A stretch of DNA of 64,000 nucleotides, from the NCBI RefSeq assembly GCF_009914755.1, contig NC_060931.1, one strand, 5' to 3'. Each line of letters starts with the position of its first letter. The stretch's first letter is position 1. This stretch comes from the human T2T-CHM13v2.0 reference genome, Homo sapiens. The notes beneath the pieces were generated by a model. That model saw nothing but the letters and a program-made list of their open reading frames with translations, was not told the origin of the DNA and ran no database searches. This document shows, one piece after another, positions 1 to 16,662 of this stretch. Position numbers and translations under genes: made by a program.

Positions 1-346
1 CAGTAATGGGATGGCTGGGTCAAATGGTATTTCTAGTTCTAGATCCTTGAAGAATCGCCACTGTCTTCCACAATGGTTGAACTAGTTTACAGTCCCACCA
101 ACAGTGTAAAAGTGTTCCTATTTCTCCACATCCTCTCCAGCATCTGTTGTTTCCTGACTTTTACTGATCGTCATTCTAACTGGTGTGAGATGGTATCTCA
201 TTGTGGTTTTGATTTGCATTTCTCTGACAGCCAGTGATGATGACCATTTTTTCATGTGTCTGTTGGCTGCATAAATGTCTTCTTTTGAGAAGTGTCTGTT
301 CATATCCTTTGCCCACTTTTTGATGGGGTTGTTTGATTTTTTTCTT
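1..346 (-). mobile_element. LINE-1 (L1PA) fragment, ORF2 C-terminal region; 5'-truncated at ~346 and continuing beyond the left window edge
   Basis: Reverse complement of L1 ORF2 3' region; ORF 118..303(-) [19 protein letters not shown]... matches the ORF2 C-terminal segment also present at 5629 on +. Confidence 0.95.
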
Positions 347-410
347 CCTTTCTAACTTTGCAAGGCCAATTTTACTTTGGATGTGACTGAATTTTAAATT
401 GTCAAAAGCA

Positions 411-1317
411 GGGGGAGGAGCCAAGATGGCCAAATAGGAACAGCTCCAGTCTACAGCTCCCAGCGTGAGCGACGCAGAAGACGGGTGATTTCTGCATTTC
501 CATCTGAGGTACTGGGTTCATCTCACTAGGGAGTGCCAGACAGTGGGCGCAGGTCAGTGGGTGCACGCACCGTGTGCGAGCCGAAGCAGGGTGAGGCATT
601 GCCTCACTCGGGAAGCACAAGGGGTCAGGGAGTTCCCTTTCCTGGTCAAAGAAAGGGGTGACAGACGGCACCTGGAAAATCGGGTCACTCCCACCCGAAT
701 ACTGCGCTTTTCCGACGGGCTTAAAAAACAGCGCACCATGTGATTATATCCCGCACCTGGCTCGGAGGGTCCTACGCCCACGGAGTCTCGCTGATTGCTA
801 GCACAGCAGTCTGAGATCAAACTGCAAGGCGGCAGCCAGGCTGGGGGAGGGGCGACCGCCATTGCCCAGGCTTGCTTAGGTAAACAAAGCAGCCGGGAAG
901 CTGGAACTGGGGGGAGCCCACCACAGCTCAAGGAGGCCTGCCTGCCTCTGTAGGCTCCACCTCTGGGGGCAGGGCACAGATAAACAAAAAGACAGCAGTA
1001 ACCTCTGCAGACTTAAATGTCCCTGTCTGACAGCTTTGAAGAGAGCAGTGGTTCTCCCAGTACGCAGCTGGAGATCTGAGAACGGGCAGACTGCCTCCTC
1101 AAGTGGGTCCCTGACCCCTGACCCCCGAGCAGCCTAACTGGGAGGCACCCCCCAGCAGGGGCACACTGACACCTCACACGGCAGGGTACTCCAACAGACC
1201 TGCAGCTGAGGGTCCTGTCTGTTAGAAGGAAAACTAACAAACAGAAAGGACATCCACACCAAAAACCCATCTGTACATCACCATCATCAAAGACCAAAAG
1301 TAGATAAAACCACAAAG
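411..1317 (+). promoter_or_regulatory. L1 5'UTR: internal sense Pol II promoter plus antisense promoter, CpG-rich
   Basis: YY1 core AAGATGGCC at 423-431; many retained CpGs; length equals the L1HS/L1PA2 5'UTR. Confidence 0.85.
554..862 (-). CDS. L1 ORF0 (antisense primate-specific ORF), open, 102 aa
   Basis: ATG at 862-860 (L1 position 452); MAVAPPPAWLPPCSLISDCCASNQRDSVGVGPSEPG... matches the ORF0 N-terminus; translation not demonstrated. Confidence 0.7.
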   Translation of the reverse strand: MAVAPPPAWLPPCSLISDCCASNQRDSVGVGPSEPGAGYNHMVRCFLSPSEKRSIRVGVTRFSRCRLSPLSLTRKGNSLTPCASRVRQCLTLLRLAHGACTH

Positions 1318-2334
1318 ATGGGGAAAAAACAGAACAGAAAAACTGGAAACTCTAAAAAGCAGAGCACCTCTCCTCCTCCAAAGGAACGCAGTTCCTCACC
1401 AGCAACGGAACAAAGCTAGACGGAGAATGACTTTGACGAGCTGAAAGAAGAAGGCTTCAGATGATCAAATTACTCTGAGCTACAGGAGGACATTCAAACC
1501 AAAGGCAAAGAAGTTGAAAACTTCGAAAAAAACTTAGAAGAATGTATAACTAGAATAACCAATACAGAGAAGTGCTTAAAGGAGCTGATGGAGCTGAAAA
1601 CCAAGGCTCGAGAACTATGTGAAGAATGCAGAAGCCTCAGGAGCCAATGCGATCAACTGGAAGAAAGGGTATCAGCAATGGAAGATGAAATGAATGAAAG
1701 GAAGCGAGAAGGGAAGTTTAGAGAAAAAAGAATAAAAAGAAATGAGCAAAGCCTCCAAGAAATATGGGACTATGTGAAAAGACCAAATCTATGTCTGATC
1801 GGTGTACCTGAAAGTGACGGGGAGAATGGAACCAAGTTGGAAAACACTCTGCAGGATATTATCCAGGAGAACTTCCCCAATCTAGCAAGGCAGGCCAACG
1901 TTCAGATTCAGGAAATACAGAGAACGCCACAAAGATACTCCTCGAGAAGAGCAACTCCAAGACACATAATTGTCAGATTCACCGAAGTTGAAATGAAGGA
2001 AAAAATGTTAAGGGCAGCCAGAGAGAAAGGTCGGGTTACCCTCAAAGGGAAGCCCATCAGACTAACAGCAGATCTCTCAGCAGAAACCCTACAAGCCAGA
2101 AGAGCGTGGGGGCCAATATTCAACATTCTTAAAGAAAAGAATTTTCAACCCAGAATTTCATATCCGGCCAAACTAAGCTTCATAAGTGAAGGAGAAATAA
2201 AATACTTTACAGACAAGCAAATGCTAAGAGATTTTGTCACCACCAGGCCTGCCCTAAAAGAGCTCCTGAAGGAAGCGCTAAACATGGAAAGGAACAACCG
2301 GTACCAGCTGCTGCAAAGTCATGCCAAAATGTAA
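1318..2334 (+). pseudogene. L1 ORF1p (RNA-binding chaperone), disrupted
   Basis: ATG GGG AAA AAA CAG at 1318, 338-codon span to TAA at 2334; premature stops TAG 1417-1419 (codon 34) and TGA 1462-1464 (codon 49). Confidence 0.95.
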
Positions 2335-2382
2335 AGACCATCGAGACTAGGAAGAAACTGCATCAACTAACAAACAAAATAA

Positions 2383-6231
<3,849 letters not shown>

Positions 6232-6274
6232 ACAATGAGATCACATGGACACAGGAAGGGGAACATCACACTCT

Positions 6275-6308
6275 GGGGACTGTTGTGGGGTGGGGGGAGG
6301 GGGGAGGG
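6275..6308 (+). other. G-quadruplex-forming G-rich tract of L1 3'UTR
   Basis: GGGGACTGTTGTGGGGTGGGGGGAGGGGGGAGGG: five runs of 3 or more G. Confidence 0.75.
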
Positions 6309-7212
6309 ATAGCACTGGGATAATACCTAATGCTAGATGACGAGTTAGTGGGTGCAGCGCACCAGCATGGCACATGTATACATATGTAACTAACTTGCAC
6401 AATGTGCACACGTACCCTAAAACTTAAAGTATAATAATAAAATAAAGAAAAAGAAAAAAAGAAGAAAAATAAATAAATTTTGTCAAAAGCAGTTAAATTG
6501 TCAAAAACAGTCAACACATGATCTTGGAACATAATTTTCAAAGCATGTTAATAGTATTTACTCAAAGAAATTAAAAATTTCAACAAGGAGCTAAGTGGGC
6601 TGTGAGAGTAACTGAGCAAAGCTGGATGGAATACACAAAATTAAATCAGTTGCTTTATTGCAGAATTCTTTAGCCGTTAGTAAACAACAACACAATGTGC
6701 ATACTTAAGAAGACAGGAATGCAGCGTGCAGCATTTCTTGCTTGAGCTTAGTGGGTGAGATGGGGGTTAGTGTTTCACAGAACATGGTTAGAGGAAATAT
6801 TTTTCTGAGGGCATCACTACTGACAGGCTCACGTAAGTCATGCATATACATGAACTATCCAGTTGCTCATCATTTTAATTTGCTTTAGCTCCAAGACTGG
6901 GGAAGACTATCACCTGCATTATTCTCTGGTGCCTTTATGGACTCTAGTACAATAGAATACTAAGTAGTTAATTGGCTAAAATAGGTCTTGGGTCAATCAG
7001 TTAACATGTTAAGATCAATGTCAATTGGCAAGTTCTATCCAGATTAAGATGTAAAGCATTTCTACGGCAGGTTAACTAATAATCTTTTTGGTCCTACCTA
7101 GCACTTTAGCTAGTTAGCATTATCATTCAAGTAATCCATGTAAATAGGAAACTTAATAAGGAATATGTGCCTATAGGCCTAAGCAGGTGTAATTTTCTTT
7201 AAAAATTAAAAG

Positions 7213-7538
7213 GTTTGTTTGTTTGTTGTTGTTTTTGAGACAGAGTCTGGCTCTGTCACCCAGGCTGGAGTGTAGTGGTGCGATTTTGGCTCACTGCAAC
7301 CTCCGCCTTAGGGGTTCAAGCAATTCTCCTGCCTCAGCCTCCAGATTGGGATTACAGGCATGTGCCACCGTGTCTGGCTAATTTTCTTGTAATTTTAGTA
7401 CAAAAGGGGTTTCACCACATGGGCCAGACTGGTCTCAAACTCCTGGCCTAAAGCGATCCACCTGCCTCGACCTCACAAGGTGCTGCGATTACAGGGATTA
7501 CAGGCTGGGATTACAGGCATAAGTCACCACACCCAGCC
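7213..7538 (-). mobile_element. Alu (older S/J type)
   Basis: Antisense Alu dimer; TSD TAAAAATTAAAAG at 7200-7212 and 7539-7551; local triplication of GATTACAGG near 7487-7517. Confidence 0.95.
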
Positions 7539-8469
7539 TAAAAATTAAAAGTTTATACTGTATTGTTCACATTGTGATGCAACTTTCCATATGTATTTCC
7601 AGAATCAACTATGTATCAAGGAATATTGAAAGCATAAAATGAGATCATGGTGAATTCTCTCCCATTGTCATTCTTGTGGTAAGGGAATGAATGGTGGGGA
7701 GAGAAGCTAAGAGGAGAATTTGCTCTGTCTCAGTGCTGTATTGCCTCCTGAAACAGAATATCAAGTTTTCTTATCTACATGTGAAAAGGCTTTCAATACT
7801 TATAAATAAGGGTATCACATTAGTTCTAAAGGATGATTTTGAGTGTTCTGCTCATCTCTTATGTTTGAGGAACAGCATTATCTCTGGTTTTGTGAGCACT
7901 ACTATTTCAGGACCAGGTGTCCTGGTACTAATGAGTTGCCACACTCTGAGCAGTGGTGATATTTAACAGAGTATGCCTTAAAACAGCATCTATGGCTACA
8001 AATTGATGAGGGTGTCAATCATTCCTGAAAGCCTAGTATGCAAGGAGTCCAATTTTCTCCTTCCAAATTTAGGGAGTATAATATCAAAGAGATGGGAAGT
8101 GAAAACTTTCAGACTCAGCAATCACTGAGGATGGTTTCATCTAGACAATTCATTGAAGCAAGAAAGTGAGGACTAGGAGTAGTAGTATTATGTAAAATAT
8201 TTACCGATTTTGACAGAAGTCATATAATAAAAATATATCTATGCCATACATTTATAACTTACAAAATTTTAGTGTACTCCTTATAAAATATTTATAATAG
8301 AAAATATTAAATATGTAATTCAAAGAAGTGTAAATTGTAAACATACCTTTGGATACAAATTTTAGAAAATAAAGTTAATTAACATAAGGTTAATATGACA
8401 TGGACCTTTAATGAATCATAAATAATGAAAATAAAATACTATTTGATCATTGTAAAGTTCAACCTCATA

Positions 8470-8905
8470 TATGTACACAAATTATCCATAAAACTAAAAA
8501 GTAGAAACAACTCAAATATCCATAAACTGATAAGTGGATAAACTTAAGGTGATACATCCATACAATAGAAAATTAGGCAATCAAAAAAATGAAATACTCC
8601 TATGTGCTACATATATGAACATTGAAAACATCATGCTAAGTGAAAGAAACTAGTCACAGGTGACTATATATTGTGTAATTCCATATATCTGAAATGTCTA
8701 GAATGAGAAAACCCATAGAGATAGAACATAAGCTAGTGGCTGCCTAGAGTGGAAGAAGGGGAAGAGGATTAAAACTGACTGCTACACAGTACAGGATTTC
8801 TTTTTGAGGTGATAAAAATATACTAGATTATGGTGGTAGTTGCACAATTTATGTACATCTACATGGGTGAATTGAATGGCATATAAATTATATCTCAAGA
8901 AAAGC
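8470..8905 (+). mobile_element. Old L1M (L1MB/L1MC-like) 3' fragment
   Basis: Diverged L1M 3'-end motifs: catcatgctaagtgaaagaaactagtcaca, gaggtgataaaaat, aaattatatctcaa; ends approximate. Confidence 0.75.
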
Positions 8906-10912
8906 TATATATATACCCCCGGACTAGTGTGCCTTTGAGTCATAATATTTGTACGCAATTTTTAATATGCTAATTAAAAGCAATTTATGCCTCTATACCA
9001 GTTGAAGGAAGAATGCTGAGGTATTTTAACTCCAACTATTTCCTTCTACCTTTTTATTCTTCAAATAATCCCAATTCTCCTTTGATAACTTTGGGTAGAC
9101 AATTTTTTTTAAACAAGGATAACAAATTTTTATTGGCAAGAGTTGTATTTTGTTTCAAAGTACACTTTCCAGTTTGTTTTCTTCTTTCTTGGTTCATGCA
9201 CAGTCAGATGCAAAAGTACCAAAAACAGTTTCTGTCATGTTGAAATCCTGTTGATTTGGTAAATCTAATGTCTAAATTAGAGAACTTTTCTTTCTTTCCT
9301 TATACTGCAAGTTACTCAATGTGACAGTACAGTATGACTCATAGAAGCACAGATCTGCCTACGACTGCAGGCTGTGGGTGGATTGGAGTCAAGGAAGAAA
9401 AAAATGGAGTAAGAGATTCATATGCTTTGAATTCAAGGCATAAGGGTGAGATTTCCAAATGTCAAAGTAACCTGGCATCACAACAAAATTGTATGTAGTT
9501 TGCAATACAAAAATGTTTTAAAATAATTTAACAGGGACAATTTTCAGAATACCAGCCTGGCAGTCATCACTGTTATTGCAACTGCACAGGAATCTGGGTG
9601 CTACTCCAGTCAGGATCACTGTGGATGACCTTGTTTTCTAAGCCAGGAGGATTCTTGAAATGAGCCTCTTCTGTCAATCACATGTCTAGTACAGCCAGGG
9701 TCTTTGACTGTCTGAAAGCCCCATCATTGTCACCTTCTTAGTCTCTGCTACTCACTGGGAAGCCAGAGAGATTCCCCGCTGCTCTAGGACCAGAAGACTT
9801 TCTTCCTTTCCTAGCCTCTAAAAATCTCCTCCCTCATTCTTCCTCCCAGTTATTGCTCTCTTCCGATTCCCCAGCATGGTCCCCTGAAAGAATTCAGGCA
9901 CTAGAAAACTAAAGCCCAGAGGCAATTTTGTCGAAGCAATTTAATTTTTAATCAAGCTATGCAAAAATCTCAAGGGGCAGGGGAGTACTATGGCCTGGGA
10001 GGAGGAGAGAAAACAGAGTGAGAGCAAAGTAAATTATCTCTAATTTAACCTGCCATACTAGGACTTAATCTCTAACAGTTCACTCCAAATACTTCTTAGT
10101 TATATAGAATAAACCATGTCATCCAATTTGCTGCTGAATGACCTTTCACCATCCTGGGCTGATATTAGTCAGAGGTGGTGATTGCTTAAGGCTCAGCTAA
10201 AGGAGCTCATTTTGCTCCTTTGCTGCGTCTTTCAGTCATTCCATCAGCATGAGCCACTGCACTTTGTGCCAGCGTACTCTGTGCCTCTTCCCACTGGGCT
10301 CTGCATTACGCTTTCATCTCATCCCAACCACTGGGCTTCTGTTAGTCAAACTTGCATTCCACATGACACATTTCCCCATCTGTGTCTTACTGTGAATATT
10401 TTCTGCTGCTCTCATAAAATCTTTCACTACCCTGGGTTACTCTCATCTCCTTCATTTGTAGACTGCATGATGGTTAATGATTAGGATTACAATACATTTC
10501 TGTAATGTTAACATGGTATCTCCAACAGTCATTGTTTTGTGGCTACAATAACACATTCTGGATATATAAGATTGAAGATTAAGTTAATTCACTTTTATTT
10601 AAATGGGCTTATTTCTTTTTGACATTTGTAGTCCAGTTGTAGAGTATGAGTATGTGTATATAGGTGTGTGTGATGATAACAAATAATGGGGGAAATATTT
10701 GAGTCAATTCTCACTTGGGAAGGGAAGTTAAATCCACAATTGTCAGATAGATTCCTTAAAACCTTAAAAAGCTTAAATTACATGTCTGGATTAGCTCACC
10801 TTGGTGTAAAATGGGACATTCAAATTCCTGTCTCATTCAAGCCACATCAGTTACATCTGCATTTTAGAGGTGTTGTTTTCTCTTCCTGAGCTAGTTGTAA
10901 GTAATCCTTTAA

Positions 10913-11223
<311 letters not shown>

Positions 11224-14091
11224 GAGAGATGTTTTTAAAAAGAGTAATCGCAAAAAAGAGTAGGAGAACAGGAGTAAATGCAGGAAACAGAAAGGGAATG
11301 AAGCAGAACTGAAAGGGAAAGAATAAATGAATATGAAGCAAGAGAGAATGTCACCAATAAATATCATGCTGTGAAGTTACACCTGTACCACAGAGCCCAG
11401 GTTACCCTCCAGAATGAGAAGGAACATGGCAGCTTGAATGGAAACCCAGTTTATGTGAGTGCATCACTTAACTTACCTTAGTTTCATTTTGCTTTTCTGT
11501 AAAGAAAGGGACAGAATGACCCCAAGGTTCAACAAGATTTCTTTTTGATTTAAAATTTGAGAACTCTATGAAAGGTCACTCTGTAAGCCAGGTAGCAGCT
11601 GGGCAATTCAGTCAGGCATGTGTTTACATTCCAAACATATTCCAGAAGCACCCTGTAGAGTTTGAAAAGGCCTCTGAATTTGTCCTTAAAAAAAAAAAAA
11701 ATCTTCAACATGAGCTGCTCTTTGGACTTTGTTAAAGTGTTCTTTTCTTCTTTTGTAAGAGACCTCTGTCTGCAAAAGCCATCTGGGAAATATTCACCAC
11801 AAGTTTTCTTGTAGGATGGAAACACTGCTGCACGCTAGCTGCCTAGAATGAGTACAAATCTATCCGATGGTCACTAACTGCCCTCAAAGCCCTAAATCAC
11901 TTTCAGCTTTGAGGAGACATATGTGTTGGGATGGGTCCCATTCAATTAGTCTTTTCCAGTCAAACTCCAGAGTGAATCAGGGTTTTAGCCAACACTTAAT
12001 AAATATACCAGATTTTAGCATCTGGAAGGAAGCCGATCCAAAACAAATTATATGATCCACATAGTATGTAGTTCTGGTGTGGTCATTTGATTCCTGAGTG
12101 GTGACCATACCCTGGATGTGTAGGACGAACTTTTAACCCAACAAATGACAATTTAGCAAACAACAGCTGCATAGCCCTTTCACCAGTGGAATGACAGAAA
12201 CTCATATTAAATGAGTTGTATTTACAGTGATATTAGCACTTCAAAAATGGCTTTTTTGTCAGCAAAAACATAAGAAGGCCTACAGCAATTACAGGATTAT
12301 GTTCCTCTTCAGGATATAAGTCATGTCCCAGAAAGGCAGATAAAATTAATGTCTCTTCTTCTGCTCAGTTGAATATTTGCTTTTATTTTTACCTCTATTT
12401 CGAATCTTTGCTAAGGAAAGGAAGACTTTGTCTTGGATGGTTTAGTTAACAACATGGCTTATGTTATGTTTTATGACTAATTAAAATGGAACTGAAACTT
12501 GAAGGATGGTGTTACAAATTAGTATGCTCCCATTTGGACCTCTCGTCTTAACTCAGCAGGTTGTGTCTTAATCCTGGAGCTCTAGGCACTTTCACGTGGT
12601 TATTGATTGAATCCACAGATTCAGTTTCATACAGCAAATGACACTATGTAGTCAGCCTCTTAATTACTTAATGCAGTATCTGTGTGTCATGACAATATGC
12701 ACATTAAAACAAGTAGTGTAAATATAGCTGAAATGAGCCTGGCTGAGGCAATTTTTATAAAAGCTACTCTACGTGAATGGAAGGTGTCTCAAATTCAGTT
12801 AGGCAAAGTGTTTCAGTGAAAACGATGCACTATCCTAAAAGCCATTTGGATGATGTAATCTCTTATGACAAAGAGATTACAAAATGACAAAATGAAAAAA
12901 TAATCCATAAATGTCTGTAGGTTGGGGTCTGTATGAGCAAGATAGTACTTTGCTTTGCAGCAAGTCTCCTTTTTAAACTAGAATGGGAATAATCATGATG
13001 TCTAATTACTAAGCAAAGATTGGTGGGTTCTTATTAAGGACTCTCAACATGTCCTAAACATTGAAACACATCTAAATGCTAGATATAGAAAATGAGCAGA
13101 ATAACCCACAATGTAGGAAACCAACTACATAATCTGTCAGTTTCCTGTGATAGATTTAATCTTTCATTATTCTATAAATCAATTCACTTTTTAAAATTGA
13201 TTGTGATTGGAGCTGATTGGCTAATTGTTAACCTTTTCTCTCTTCTTTTCCCTTTCCTCCTTTCATCTACTTTTCTCCTTCCTCTTTTCCTCTTTTCCTT
13301 CTGTTCTGTCCAAAAACATTTTAAGGAGCCAAGGGTCAAGATTTTTGAAAAACTCCTGAGCTCAGGCAGTCAATGGGTAGGAGTGGTCTTCAGTTCTTAG
13401 GATTCTAAGATTTTTAAAACATTCCATGAGTAATTGAAAGTTGTGCATATTTTCTTTTTGATTTATCATTTTATACATATGTTACCATTAGAACTTACAT
13501 GTATTTTCATTAGGTCTTTTGTCAACTAATGGGTCTTAATTTTTTTTGAACTATTAAGAATTAAAACACAGTGCTATGTCTTTCAATATCCTACCCATTC
13601 CTAGTTTTTATGTAAAAAAAAAGTGCTTCTGAAACGGCAAAAAAAAATCCAGATTGTTTTATTAAAGGTTAATTATTCCCAGAATATATGATTGCTTTTA
13701 TAGTCTCATTAATCCAGCACTTGAAAGTATAATACAGTCTTTTGTTATAGTTCTATTTCACATTGATCCAATGGTATGTGACAGAGGTAAAAGAAAGGGA
13801 TGTGTCTACCAGCAAGAGTAAGGCAATTACCTCTGAAGGAAACTAACCCAGTTTGTAAGAATGAAAAAAAATATACTAAAGGAACTAGTTTTTGATAAGG
13901 AATTTATTCATGGTACAGACATAGCCAGCATGACTTTTCAGGCTTGACTTTTGAGTCAAAGACAAGTTTTGAAATGTCTACTCTGTTGCTAAAGTCTAGC
14001 AGCTATGCTCTCTTTGCCACGTATTCATCAGTCTCATGAACTCTGAGATCATGAGACTATAACGTTTCTTTAAAAATAAAAGAACTTAAAG

Positions 14092-14139
14092 AATTCTCTT
14101 GTGGCATATGCAAATAATTCTCTTGTGGCATATACAACT
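14092..14139. repeat. 24-bp tandem duplication
   Basis: AATTCTCTTGTGGCATATGCAAAT / AATTCTCTTGTGGCATATACAACT, 2 mismatches. Confidence 0.9.
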
Positions 14140-15899
14140 TCTGTGCCAGTTGAATTATACTGTTGACTAGTTTCATCTTCAATAGCAGTGACGGACAAGT
14201 TCCTCTTCACTGACCCCACTGCCATCTGTCATCCTGGATTCCACCTACAGTGCATTGTATGAGCTACACTGAACAGGTTTCACCCTGGTCAAGGTCACTG
14301 CCCAGCCAATCAGAATTGATGGGGTCACTGCAAATATCCAAATTACTTCCAAATGGAGGTGCTGACAGACACTGTTAATGAGTACTGTTTTGTCAGACTT
14401 GTTGATGACCTTTGACAACATCCTTCTTCCAGACTGCTGAGATTAGTCTTTTTTTCCCTCCTTCTGACATTTAGGTGGTATCCGATACTTAAATGCACAT
14501 TCGAGGGTAATCTGAATCTGTGTCAGAAGATGAATTTGCAGAAGTGATAAAACTGATGGTGTTGTTATCAATCCATTAAGGAAATATTTTATTTGCTTAA
14601 GAAAGGTCTAAGCCTGCACCTTTGGGTAACTGCTATGGAGAACCGGATGTGAGATGCACAAATCTATATTATCATACAATTACGATAGCAGAGCAAATGA
14701 TCCTACTTCTAAATAGTATCAGGTACCTTACTTTTCCACTTGTGTCCCATGCTGGCCAATGAGGTGCAGAATACGAAAGAGAATAGATCACTCATAGTTG
14801 TACATTGTCATTCTAAAATAACAGTATCTGCTTACACTGGTTGGGTATTATGACAAAATTATCAGGTATATTATCAAAGAGACTCTTGAGATCATTGTCT
14901 TGCTTTTTTATATTTCTGGTTATCCTCTGTGATGAATCAGCCAAATCCCAACACCCTCAAGAAGCTACTTAAAATGATGAGGTATTAGAGTGTGTGGGGG
15001 ACTGTGCAGGTAGAAACCCTATGAACAGGTAGACCAATGGGAAGTCTGCAGTTCAATAAGGGTAGAAAAGTTTAATACATCACTTTGTTCTTTAAAAATT
15101 CTTCTATCCAGCAGCTATTTCTGTTCTATATTTTCAGGTACTAGCACCCGAGGGTGTTTTTGTTAAATGCTACTTTGTTCAGCACTTTTCTGTTACAGCA
15201 ACTGGATTCTTTAATTGTTCACAAACTTAAATTATGTGAAGAGAAGTCCTATCCCTTTAGCTCTATTTCCTTAGCCCCCAAGGAAATTTTTATGAGATTC
15301 GTTTTCTCTGCTTCATGGATTAGATTTAATTTCCGTTCATAAGCAGACCCTTACTATCTGTGGTCTCCCTCAGGATTCTATTGTTCACCTTTCTTCCAAC
15401 CTAAATCTCAAAGGCTGCCTTACAACTAATTTACAACTTCCAGTAAAAGTACTTTAGAAATATAGGCATTTGCTCAGAATATCCATAAGTTACAAAACAT
15501 TGCCTTTATTAAAAAAACTACAGGTGGTCATCGTAGAGATTTACTCTATTAGTATTCTTATTTTTAATTAACAAGACACACATGTGCTGTCTTTTTTCCT
15601 TTAAGAATCATTTTAATGGAGTCAATTTTTATGCTCCCCTCCATTTGCAATTCAACACCTATTTAAAATATTTTACTGCAAATAAAAAGGATCAAAGATA
15701 TTTAGAACAGTCTTATAATCTAATGTCTAGGAAACAAGTCTGAAATTAAGTATGAGACAAAGATAAATGAAATAGAAGCCTTAATATATATTCAGTGTTC
15801 TAGAAGATGATAGAATCCTCAACATACTTTCTCTGTAATTTTTCTTGGATTATGTCATCTTTCATATAGTTTCAACTATCTCTTTGTGGAGAGTCTCTC

Positions 15900-16101
15900 A
15901 GTGGTTCCTCTGGAGGCCAATTGTGTAAATCTTTTCCTAGTTTTGTATTCAATGACCTCTTGTTGGGTAACTTGAACTTGGCCATGAGGGTACTTTTGTA
16001 TTTATACCATAAAAATGGGCAGATGCTACACCTCAAGACTTCTTTGCCCCTCACCCTTCTCCTGGAAAGCCAGTGGTTAAAGTATTACCAATTCACCACC
16101 A
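15900..16101. mobile_element. Probable hAT DNA transposon remnant (MER63-like)
   Basis: Ends resemble recalled MER63 termini (aggccaattgtgtaaat ... agccagtggttaaagtattaccaattcaccac); highly diverged. Confidence 0.4.
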
Positions 16102-16494
16102 GTCTTGACCCTATCCTAATTCAATTCAGGTTAAATCTCACTAAAAATAATTTTATTTTCTTTTCCCTTTGTCTTTAAAATAAGCATACCAAAAAAAGTC
16201 ATTTTAATTTAGTGAGTAATTGCTATTAAAAGCAAACAAAATTAGGTTTCTTGCATAATTCCTCTCCATATATCACTCTACGAAAGATATGTAATTGTAC
16301 AACAAAGCAAATTATATATTCTTAGAGTTTGCCTCACCTGTCCCAATTGACGAGTGTTTCTGTTTGCAGAGAAAGGAAATACTCGTTTCACTGTGAAGGA
16401 TGAGGAGAAAAGAAGAAAGAAATTATTTCTCTTTTCTGTCTCCCCAAAATCTACCTTCATCCTCTCTATCATAAATTATACAAGTAAAATAGAA

Positions 16495-16662
16495 CCTTGT
16501 CACTCAAAATGTGGCCTGCAGACCAGCAGCCTGGGCATCTCCTAAGAGACTGTTAAAAAAATGCAGATCTCCAAATCAACCTCAGACCTCCAGAATGAGA
16601 ATCTACCTTTTAACAAGGCTCACAGATGATTCAAGGACACCTGCAAGTTTGAGAAGCTCTGG
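16495..16662. mobile_element. MER5A-like hAT-Charlie MITE
   Basis: ctcaaaatgtggcctgcagaccagcagc ... aaatgcagatctc ... ttttaacaag ... aagtttgagaagctctg. Confidence 0.8.

Noticed and set aside
1-410. Twin-priming 5' inversion belonging to the full-length L1
   Set aside because: The + strand L1 has an intact 5' end and its own TSD; the inverted piece is separated by unique DNA and duplicates sequence the L1 already has, so it is an independent insertion
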